In this document: piece after piece, positions 55,923 through 64,000 of the stretch
Position numbering within the stretch: the first letter of the stretch is position 1
Layout: each line of letters begins with the position of its first letter
Source: a virus
Lineage: Duplodnaviria; Caudoviricetes
Virus record (IMG/VR): IMGVR_UViG_3300044645_001738
Coordinates: 1-64,000 of that record
Reading direction: 5' to 3' (one strand)
Length of the DNA stretch: 64,000 nt
Program-made: the position numbers and the translations under genes
Notes under the pieces: generated by a model
Seen by the model: the letters and a program-made list of their open reading frames with translations, nothing else
Told to the model about the DNA's origin: nothing
Databases searched by the model: none

Positions 55923-57538
55923 GGCTTACGAAACACCAAAAGGTTTTGAAGGAACCAACCCATATGATAACCCTTCTCAATAAAGGAAATTAACTGGGCT
56001 TCAATTACCCAGTCATGAATCAAACCTGTATCTTCAAGTAGCAGTTTCCAATAGTCTTTGGTTTGACAGTTAATGTGACCAACGCCACCTTGGCCTGGTT
56101 TAGCGGCGGTCCAAATTAACACGCCGCCAGGTTCCAGTGCTTGATGCATTGTGTCAACAATCCGCTGATTCTCAGACCCATCAATGTGCTCTGCCACTTC
56201 CATGCATAAGACGACAGGTGCAGAATGCTCAAGATCAAAAAGACTCTTGCAAAGAAGGCGATCTTGATTCTCGACACGCAAATCAGTGTCATAACCAATG
56301 CAATCAATTCCAAGGTCAGTAAAGCAATCAACATAAGTACCTGGCCCGCAACCAAGATCTAGTACATGTGTGGGATGAAGATTCTCCCCAATCCAACTTG
56401 TGAGTCGCTTTGCGAATGGACGTTCTTCGGCATCGAGGTGATTGTAGTCAATCCTGGACGGCTCTCGTAACTGATACCAACCCGCGTGGTGAAGAGCATC
56501 GATTGTTTTAAAGATCTTGTCATATTTTGCTCCACAGGCTTCCAGGCTGTAACGAGACCTGGCAGTGGCGGCAACTACCTGACGGTCGAGATCTCCTGCT
56601 GCGTGGATGGCGTCAATCCAATCTTGGAGAGTATGGCAGCGAAAACCTGTGCAACCTTCGATAATGGTTTCAGTAAAGGCTCCGTAATCAACTGCAATTA
56701 ACGGAGTGCCGCACAACATTGCTTCTACGCCACTGCCGCCGAATGGCTCAGTGAAATTAGTTGGCATCAAAGCTGCACGTGCTTTACCTAAGAAATCAGA
56801 CCGCTCACGACCTACCAACGGACCGCCGTACTTAATGTTCGGATGGCTCCAGGGGGTTGGATCACCTTGACCGTGGATGACAATTGGCCATGGACTGTGG
56901 CTTGCCAATTCCTTAATGGTGTCCATCCCTTTGACTGAACAGATGCGTCCAAGGAATGCAAGATATTCTCCGTCTTCGTAACAAGGATCCCAATCAGACA
57001 ATTCAAAGTAATTGGGCACAACCCATTCGTAGTTTTTGCCTTGCCTTTTTTCTTGTCCCTGGTGGTAATGCATCCAGGCGTACGACTCGAAGATCCGAAA
57101 ACTGTTCGGCATCAAAGTCGGATACCCAATCCCCGTTTCTACATGGTGATGAGTGGGGAACTTCTCCATGAGAATTTGATGGGCGTGCCCGAAGGGATGA
57201 CAAATAATGTCACGTGGCTCCAGGCGTTTACGCATCTCGACAATTAAACGTTCTTCAAATGCTTGATGCCCTTCGCTGCCAATGGTTGCATCGTTGCCAT
57301 GGAAGTCGGTTTTCTTCCGATCACCGTAAAACTTCTTGAATTCTTTCTCGGTCAGGATTGGTACGTGCTCTGTTGCGCCAGCTTCACTTCCTTCGTTGCT
57401 GTACTCAATCACGTCATAGCCATACGCCTGCATCATCTTGGGAAAACGCAAAGCCTTACCAGTAAATGCACAGTGAGAGTATTGACTGGTTGCCTGTGTG
57501 TGAAAGATCCCAATCAGATGCAGGCGAGGTTTTGCCAT
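55919..57538 (-). CDS. Glycosyltransferase family 4 fused to class I methyltransferase
   Basis: FLGRI..KG, EPFGGSGVEAMLCGTP; VLDLGCGPG, CMEVAEHI, PGQGGVGHIN. Confidence 0.9.
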   Translation of the reverse strand: MAKPRLHLIGIFHTQATSQYSHCAFTGKALRFPKMMQAYGYDVIEYSNEGSEAGATEHVPILTEKEFKKFYGDRKKTDFHGNDATIGSEGHQAFEERLIVEMRKRLEPRDIICHPFGHAHQILMEKFPTHHHVETGIGYPTLMPNSFRIFESYAWMHYHQGQEKRQGKNYEWVVPNYFELSDWDPCYEDGEYLAFLGRICSVKGMDTIKELASHSPWPIVIHGQGDPTPWSHPNIKYGGPLVGRERSDFLGKARAALMPTNFTEPFGGSGVEAMLCGTPLIAVDYGAFTETIIEGCTGFRCHTLQDWIDAIHAAGDLDRQVVAATARSRYSLEACGAKYDKIFKTIDALHHAGWYQLREPSRIDYNHLDAEERPFAKRLTSWIGENLHPTHVLDLGCGPGTYVDCFTDLGIDCIGYDTDLRVENQDRLLCKSLFDLEHSAPVVLCMEVAEHIDGSENQRIVDTMHQALEPGGVLIWTAAKPGQGGVGHINCQTKDYWKLLLEDTGLIHDWVIEAQLISFIEKGYHMGWFLQNLLVFRKP

Positions 57539-57582
57539 TGTCAACAAACACTATGACGGTGAAGGAACCAATTGTATCCCGT

Positions 57583-58521
57583 CTACCAAGAATAAATTAG
57601 AACCAGGCCTGCGCCACCGTTTCCACCAGCGCCACTTCCACCTGTGGTACCACCAGCACCACCGCCTCCTCCACCGGAACCGACGCGGCCGTCACCTCCG
57701 CGGCCGCCAAGTGCGTTGCCGCTGTTACAGCCACCGCCAGACCCACCGGTAGAAAGTAGCGGAGTGTTGCGTTGGTGCCCAGGACTGCCAATGCCTGCAG
57801 TGGCACCTGCCGCACCACCGTTCAACGTTGGAAACAGGTTCAAGACAGCGGTCTGAGATGCTGGCGCTGTGATGTTGCCCCCTGCGCCAGTAGAGCCACC
57901 TCCACCGCCTGCACCACCGGAGAGGAGCAGTCCGGTCGTTGGGTATGTGATTGCGCCCCCTGCACCGTTAGCGACTGCACCACCAGCACCACCGGCCTGT
58001 CCTGCAAGAAAAAAGCTAGTTCCCAGTCCAGCCAATATAGAGTTGGCTACTGTTGCAACTGCACCAGCACCACCCGCCGATCCTACAACCGTCGCTGTAG
58101 CCGCTGTAGTGCCCGCGCTTCCAGGGTTGGCAAAACATACGGTGTAGATAGCGGCAGTCGCTGGAGCGATTGAAACATAAGATCCAATACCATTAGCCCC
58201 AAGAGTGCCGACAGTAGTTGAGGAAGCACCACCGTTACCGCCAAGACCTGCTGAAACGTACAACAGATCAGGCAATAAAGCAGCAGGAATTTCTACTGTT
58301 GAGATGCCGCTACTGCCACCGCCACCGCCACCGCCTCGGTTTCCTGTGGCCGCTGGAAAACCACCGCCGCCGCCTCCGCCGCCGCCAATGCAGACGATGC
58401 GAACCATGGCAATACCTGCTGGTTTCTCCCAGGGAACCCACTGTGTGTTGGCGTTTGCAAAACCTGGGAATACGTCGACAAAACCGTTTTGCGGCTTTGG
58501 AACGCTGAATACGTTAATCAT
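57583..58521 (-). CDS. Glycine-rich virion protein
   Basis: WEKPAGI.MVRIVCIGGGGGGG...GGNGGAGLVLIYSW. Confidence 0.8.
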   Translation of the reverse strand: MINVFSVPKPQNGFVDVFPGFANANTQWVPWEKPAGIAMVRIVCIGGGGGGGGGFPAATGNRGGGGGGGSSGISTVEIPAALLPDLLYVSAGLGGNGGASSTTVGTLGANGIGSYVSIAPATAAIYTVCFANPGSAGTTAATATVVGSAGGAGAVATVANSILAGLGTSFFLAGQAGGAGGAVANGAGGAITYPTTGLLLSGGAGGGGGSTGAGGNITAPASQTAVLNLFPTLNGGAAGATAGIGSPGHQRNTPLLSTGGSGGGCNSGNALGGRGGDGRVGSGGGGGGAGGTTGGSGAGGNGGAGLVLIYSW

Positions 58522-58973
58522 CAGTAGTCACCTCCAATCGCCAATCCCTGCCAGTTGGAGTTGGTGTTTTGAGCAACGGATTGCGCCACGAGTAGGAATC
58601 TGTTAGCTGGAATTGCAAAGTTAAACGGAATCTCGATTTGGTAGGGCGCAGTTGTTACTGCCGAGACAGTTTGCGCTGCAGCCTGAACTATCGCAAGCAA
58701 GTCGGTGTTGGCTGCTGTTGTGGCACCAGTATTGACAGTGGATGAGTACACTTGCAGTGTAGTGGCAACAGAGCTAATAACACTTGTGGTTGAAACGAAT
58801 GAGAAGCGGAATTTTTGTATGTAAGAGCCGTTTACGCCAGATGTAAATGCTACGAAACAGTTGGTCCCTACTGTACCAGGGGCCGTGGTATTAGTGTTTG
58901 TGGCTGTAGTCAAGATGTCGGCATGACTGACGTTTGGGGTTAACGTCCAAATGGGCGAAGTGTTAGCGGGCAT
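58521..58973 (-). CDS. Putative virion protein
   Basis: MPANTSPIWTLTP...GGDY. Confidence 0.65.
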   Translation of the reverse strand: MPANTSPIWTLTPNVSHADILTTATNTNTTAPGTVGTNCFVAFTSGVNGSYIQKFRFSFVSTTSVISSVATTLQVYSSTVNTGATTAANTDLLAIVQAAAQTVSAVTTAPYQIEIPFNFAIPANRFLLVAQSVAQNTNSNWQGLAIGGDY

Positions 58974-58991
58974 GGCGGGTAAAAGTAAATG

Positions 58992-60992
58992 TTAGGGCAT
59001 TGCTGCGCCGTAGTGAATAGCAAGAATATCACCGTATTTTGTTGCGCCTGCAGGGCCAGTAGCCCCTGTTGCACCTGATACACCTATTACACCAGTAGCT
59101 CCTGTAATGCCTATCACTCCTGTGGCACCTGTAACACCAGTGGGGCCAGCAACGCCCGTGGCACCGGTAGTACCTTGAACACCTGTCGCCCCTGTAATTC
59201 CAACAACTCCTGTGGCACCTGTTATTCCTACACCTGTTGCACCTGTTGGTCCGGTGATTCCCACACCAGTGGCACCTGTTGGTCCCGTGATTCCAGTGGC
59301 ACCTGTTACGCCCTGAACACCTGTGGCACCGGTGATTCCAATAACACCCGTCGCACCTTGTACGCCAGTTGCGCCGGTAACACCTGTTACACCTGTAGCA
59401 CCTGCAACGCCTGTAGCACCTTGAACACCTGTTGCTCCCGTAGTTCCAGCAACTCCTGTAGCGCCGGTTATTCCTACACCTGTGGCACCAGTTGGCCCGG
59501 TGGCACCTTGTGGTCCGCTAACCAACGCTAAGAATACAGCTAGGTTATTCGCAAAGTTTGTCGAGCCCGTACCACCGGATGCAACTAAAGTTGCTGGATA
59601 TGTCCAGTAGCTGGTTGACGTGCCAGGATTAACGTTCGTTGGGGTGCCGTTAACTTTCCATGTTTGGTAATTAGAACTGGAGCCTTGGTCCTGGATTGTA
59701 ATAATTTCTGTATTGAAAACTTGCGCAAGAAAGATATCGATATCAATCGCATCGCTTGTTAAATGGCTAACGTTGATTTGCGTTGCACTTGCTTGTGTTG
59801 CGTTGTTCCAAATTACAAAACCTGCGCCTGGATCTCCGCTTGTAATTGTTGTCTTTGCGGAATACTTAAAGAGGCTGGAAGAAAAACCTTGTGGGCCAGT
59901 CGCACCAGTGGGACCTGCAACACCAGTAGCGCCAACACCCGTGGCACCTTGTACGCCTGTAGCGCCAGTGGAACCCTGCACACCCGTAGCACCAGTGGCT
60001 CCTGTAACGCCCTGTATGCCGGTTGCACCTGTGATACCAACAACGCCTGTGGCACCTTGCACGCCAGTGGCACCTGTGGCTCCTGTAGCGCCTTGCGTAC
60101 CAGTGGCACCGGTAACTCCTGCGACACCGGTAGCACCCGTGGGACCAGTTATGCCCTGAACTCCGGTAGCACCTGTGACACCGGTAGGACCCGCAATGCC
60201 TGTTGCGCCCGTTACTCCAGTAACTCCTTGGATACCAGTGGGACCTTGTATGCCAGTGGCACCTGTTGGACCGGTAATACCTTGAACACCAGTGGCACCA
60301 GTAGGGCCGTCAATACCTGTGGCACCGGTGGGACCAGTGGGTCCATCTACGCCTGTTACACCTTGAATACCCGTGGCACCTGTGATACCAATGGGGCCTG
60401 TAGCGCCGGTAACTCCAGTGACACCTGTAGGACCAGCTACGCCTGTAGGACCGGTAATACCTTGAATACCAGTTGCGCCTTGTGGACCAGTGACGCCTTG
60501 TATGCCGCTCGCACCTGTAGGGCCACTTGGACCTGTGGGGCCTGTAGTACCAGAGGGACCAGTAGGGCCGGTGGGGCCGCCACTAGGGCCAGTGGGACCT
60601 GTCGGGCCAATCATTGTATAGACCTTCGCCAGACCGGCGGAATCGTATACAACCCAATCTGCGTTCTCATTGAGGACCACAGATTCGCCAGCGAGAAGCA
60701 AACCGGTCCACACCGTGGTTGTTAGTGCACCATCAGTGTGATTGATGGTAATACTGTTGCTTAAAGTTGGATCATCATTCTTGATAAAACAGGTTCTTAA
60801 GTTGCGCTGAATAGTAGAGGTTGTGGGACCAGTGACAATTGTAGTTGTTGTGGCAGTTGTGATATTGGTGTCAAGTCTACCGGCGGACACATTACCGCTG
60901 TTGTTATCTGCAAACGCAGCATGAACTTCAACATTCGTTGCCGCCGAAGTAACAATACGAACAGCATCCGACGTGGAAGTCAGCAGTAACAT
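58992..60992 (-). CDS. Collagen-like fibre protein
   Basis: Two long G-X-Y tracts (GAT/GVT/GPT/GVQ) separated by a globular domain. Confidence 0.9.
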   Translation of the reverse strand: MLLLTSTSDAVRIVTSAATNVEVHAAFADNNSGNVSAGRLDTNITTATTTTIVTGPTTSTIQRNLRTCFIKNDDPTLSNSITINHTDGALTTTVWTGLLLAGESVVLNENADWVVYDSAGLAKVYTMIGPTGPTGPSGGPTGPTGPSGTTGPTGPSGPTGASGIQGVTGPQGATGIQGITGPTGVAGPTGVTGVTGATGPIGITGATGIQGVTGVDGPTGPTGATGIDGPTGATGVQGITGPTGATGIQGPTGIQGVTGVTGATGIAGPTGVTGATGVQGITGPTGATGVAGVTGATGTQGATGATGATGVQGATGVVGITGATGIQGVTGATGATGVQGSTGATGVQGATGVGATGVAGPTGATGPQGFSSSLFKYSAKTTITSGDPGAGFVIWNNATQASATQINVSHLTSDAIDIDIFLAQVFNTEIITIQDQGSSSNYQTWKVNGTPTNVNPGTSTSYWTYPATLVASGGTGSTNFANNLAVFLALVSGPQGATGPTGATGVGITGATGVAGTTGATGVQGATGVAGATGVTGVTGATGVQGATGVIGITGATGVQGVTGATGITGPTGATGVGITGPTGATGVGITGATGVVGITGATGVQGTTGATGVAGPTGVTGATGVIGITGATGVIGVSGATGATGPAGATKYGDILAIHYGAAMP

Positions 60993-61033
60993 TTCAGCCT
61001 ACCTACCGTAATAATCTATTTTAATCTATTTGC

Positions 61034-62671
61034 TTAAGTTGCGGGCATGCCGCCTTGAGAAGGAATGTACAGATTTCCTTCCTTGTCAAACATTGAGAAG
61101 CCTTGCATGCGAATAAAGGTCGACGGTACGTTAAACAGTTTCTGCATCATTGGCATCATCATTGGTGCCTGGCAGTTATACGGTGGTACGTCCATGTAAG
61201 AAACGGCGTGCCTGGCTAGTTCGACACTGATTCTTTCTTGGTTTTTTTCATTTGTATCCACAAGTTGTTGTTCCCATTCAACTAAACTGCCGTTGCTTAT
61301 TGGAACATCTGACGGCTCGGGCGGGAATACTCCCTCCTTAAAGCGCATTGCGTAAACATGTTTGCAATACCGAAATTCATCTAAGACTGGGGTCCACGTA
61401 TCCGTCAAGGATACCAACTCATTTCCTACCGTGGAGTAGTCAGCGTAAGTCGGCAAGCCGTCTGATTTTGCACCAGGTAATGCTGGGTCTGTCCCTCTTA
61501 AGTAAACAGAGCCAAAGTCTGTAAACAAACCAGGACTGTCCCTGGTCGTACCTTCTACTACCGATGAGTTTGGTGTGATGGTTGGTGGAACATTATATTC
61601 TGGTGCAGGGGCAACAATCTGCATTCCACGATTGACATTACCTGGTGTCATTGCATTATTGTTGACGAGACCATTGAGCGTAATGATTTCCTTGCGACCA
61701 GGCTTCACGTTGCCGATGCTATTCCTGGGGAAACATCTACGGTTGGAATCTTTTAGATTCATCATGAATGCATAATCTCGCCTTGTGAAATCTTGGCAAG
61801 AACAGCAGTAACGCGTACCCGTCATGAAGAAACGCCCCACGTTTGGCGGCCTGGTAGCAGGAGTAACCAGTGCTCGATCTGGGGTTGCCTCAACGGAACC
61901 ACGCTTGCGAAGTGTCAATACACCCGTGAATGGGTTGGTGTCTACCAGGATGGCTTGAACGTATCCGTAGCGCTTCTGTGTTAACGGATCAATCGTATCC
62001 CTGGTAATCGGCACACCATTCTGAGTGATAATTCGATCCTCTAAGATCTCACCGTTAATTGCCTTGAGTCCCCCTGGTACTCCTGGGAGTGCAACGTATA
62101 GCGGAGGTGGTAATGGATTTTGTGTACTCCAATCACCAGCCAACTGGACGTACCAATACTCATCATCTTCCGTTACGGAAGCAATCGAAGCAGTTCTTGT
62201 GGTTATGTAAAATTGCGGATCAAACCACTGACCAATGTTTTCATAGTTGTTGAATTGCGCGGCATGCCAATAGAACGGATTGGTAACGCGAGTGTTGCGT
62301 ATGTTATCAAACCGAAGACTTCCTGCGACCCGGATCCCGGACCAGTGCATCCCAAACTCTTTGTTGACTGTTGGGAAACCTTTGAAGATACCAGGCAATA
62401 CTGGTGGGTTAGACCCAGGGGTTGATGTTGCTCCTTGTGGGATTGGTACTTGGTATAAGAATGGATATTCGTACGACGTATCCGTTACCGATGCTGTGGC
62501 CAGCTCGTAACCACGGCGCCAACGTGCCCAAGAGGACTCCCGATCGAGAGCCGCAAAAGAGTTTGGGACGCTGCCCTGTGAAAACTCTGTTGTAATCGGT
62601 TTTACTTTTGGCGGTTCAAAAGCTCGTTGCTTGCTGAAACCGTCAAACGAACCACCAAATTTTTTTGGCAT
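61034..62671 (-). CDS. Hypothetical protein with split SWIM-like Cys/His motif
   Basis: YCCSCQDF ... RYCKHVYA. Confidence 0.65.
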   Translation of the reverse strand: MPKKFGGSFDGFSKQRAFEPPKVKPITTEFSQGSVPNSFAALDRESSWARWRRGYELATASVTDTSYEYPFLYQVPIPQGATSTPGSNPPVLPGIFKGFPTVNKEFGMHWSGIRVAGSLRFDNIRNTRVTNPFYWHAAQFNNYENIGQWFDPQFYITTRTASIASVTEDDEYWYVQLAGDWSTQNPLPPPLYVALPGVPGGLKAINGEILEDRIITQNGVPITRDTIDPLTQKRYGYVQAILVDTNPFTGVLTLRKRGSVEATPDRALVTPATRPPNVGRFFMTGTRYCCSCQDFTRRDYAFMMNLKDSNRRCFPRNSIGNVKPGRKEIITLNGLVNNNAMTPGNVNRGMQIVAPAPEYNVPPTITPNSSVVEGTTRDSPGLFTDFGSVYLRGTDPALPGAKSDGLPTYADYSTVGNELVSLTDTWTPVLDEFRYCKHVYAMRFKEGVFPPEPSDVPISNGSLVEWEQQLVDTNEKNQERISVELARHAVSYMDVPPYNCQAPMMMPMMQKLFNVPSTFIRMQGFSMFDKEGNLYIPSQGGMPAT

Positions 62672-62674
62672 TGA

Positions 62675-63460
62675 TTAGAAGAAGCCGCCTTGCGCAGCAA
62701 CGTGCACACCTGGGATGTAACCAGAACTATTGGGACCATCCGGGAACACGCCAACGTAAACACGATCGCCACGCTCAAGGTAAATTCCTTTGTTACGCAG
62801 TGGAGCTGTAGTACCAAGGCCGTTGGTATTACCTGCGCTCACACTGGGAACTGCCAGTTGTGGCATCACATCCGAACAGTCAACCACACCGCTGTTTGCG
62901 GGGATTGTTTTGGCGAATAACACTTTGTAGTCACCAGAGCCAGGGATTGGTGTGGTTGTGCCACGTGTCTGGTAAAAGACAAAGGTAGCAGCGGGTTGAT
63001 CCCCGTATGCAATACCGTTGTACAAGAAACCAGACGTAGTACCGCCCGAATAATTCAATGCACTGTTGACGCCTGTCAGCGTGCCAGAACCGGTGTATGT
63101 GTAATAGCCGTAACCACTGTATGGTGCGCCAGCACCAGTGAGAGAACCTGTGGCGGATACAAAAACAATCTGTCCGCTAACCAGGGAGACTGGTGTTCCT
63201 GACGTTGTGGAATTTACTGTATAGTCGGGGCCGCGATAAAAATCGTTACGTGTGATCGTGATGGAATCAATGACACCGCCACTGTTATTGTCTTCGCTCA
63301 GTGACGCATCCATGTCTACCAAGATGGAAGGCGCTTGGCCACCTTGGACAAACAAAGTATTACTTGCTGCACTACCAACGGTTTGCGTTGTAACACGCAC
63401 CGAATCAAATAAGGGCCTATCAACCAACAGTGGCTGCTTGTTTGTAGATGTCGAGCTCAA
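62675..63460 (-). CDS. Putative virion protein
   Basis: SSTSTNKQPLLVDRPL...AQGGFF. Confidence 0.65.
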   Translation of the reverse strand: MSSTSTNKQPLLVDRPLFDSVRVTTQTVGSAASNTLFVQGGQAPSILVDMDASLSEDNNSGGVIDSITITRNDFYRGPDYTVNSTTSGTPVSLVSGQIVFVSATGSLTGAGAPYSGYGYYTYTGSGTLTGVNSALNYSGGTTSGFLYNGIAYGDQPAATFVFYQTRGTTTPIPGSGDYKVLFAKTIPANSGVVDCSDVMPQLAVPSVSAGNTNGLGTTAPLRNKGIYLERGDRVYVGVFPDGPNSSGYIPGVHVAAQGGFF

Positions 63461-63523
63461 AGTAGACTTAACACCCTATCTCTGTTATATTGATAGGGTC
63501 CCCGAGAAACTCCCTTTATTCTA

Positions 63524-64000
63524 ATGGTCCAAACTGTTTTTACTTGCAAGAATTGTGGCAAAATTTTTGAACGTTCTGGCATGGCTGGGGCTACGTGCCG
63601 GGCTCGGGTAAGGCAACGTGGTTATGTTTTTTGTTCTAAAGGCTGTGGCAGCTACAAGCACGGTGGGTACAAAAATCAAGACTCGGAATATTGCTCGTGG
63701 AACGCAATGAAGTCTCGTTGCAATAATTTAAACCATGGCTCTTATGCCCGCTATGGAGGCCGTGGTATTACGTATGATCCATCATGGGAAATTTATACAA
63801 ATTTTCTTACTGACATGGGGCCAAAGCCAAGCCCTGAAATGGAGTTAGAAAGAATAGACAATGACAAAAACTATTGTAAAGAAAATTGCCGCTGGGCCAC
63901 GCATAAAGAACAGACTCGCAACCGTGGCGGAAAACGTGCAACACGTCTTTACACGTTTAACGGGAAAACTCAATGCATTGCCGATTGGGCAAAAGAAGTT
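63524..64000 (+). CDS. HNH homing endonuclease (truncated by window end)
   Basis: SWNAMKSRC, YGGRGI, FLTDMGPKP, LERIDND.NY.KENCRWAT..Q..N, read by hand. Confidence 0.9.
   Translation, partial: MVQTVFTCKNCGKIFERSGMAGATCRARVRQRGYVFCSKGCGSYKHGGYKNQDSEYCSWNAMKSRCNNLNHGSYARYGGRGITYDPSWEIYTNFLTDMGPKPSPEMELERIDNDKNYCKENCRWATHKEQTRNRGGKRATRLYTFNGKTQCIADWAKEV

Overview
A 64-kb segment of a lytic-looking tailed dsDNA cyanophage (hli, two nblA-like genes, speD, dps, thyX, dcd; gene set reminiscent of S-EIV1-like Synechococcus phages, an inference from gene content only). Layout: ~1-16 kb is a + strand early/accessory region of small ORFs; ~14-37 kb is DNA metabolism (ThyX, Gp88-like, family A DNA polymerase, SSB, Gp157, PD-(D/E)XK nuclease, primase-SF3 helicase, SpeD, GT4); ~38-64 kb holds mostly - strand lysis, tail-fibre, collagen-like and other virion genes. 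No terminase, portal, capsid, integrase, Cas or reverse transcriptase was recognised. Main findings: (1) three families of small, translationally coupled ORFs built from conserved GC-rich DNA boxes alternating with unrelated in-frame variable segments, with visible chimeras; (2) at least four families of repeated intergenic structured-RNA-like elements, led by a 7-copy H-type pseudoknot with compensatory changes, plus tRNA-like mini-cloverleaves; (3) a 216-bp imperfect palindrome downstream of the replication genes; (4) a tRNA with a degenerate anticodon arm next to a candidate ncRNA. All family assignments are by-eye motif recognition; no searches were run.
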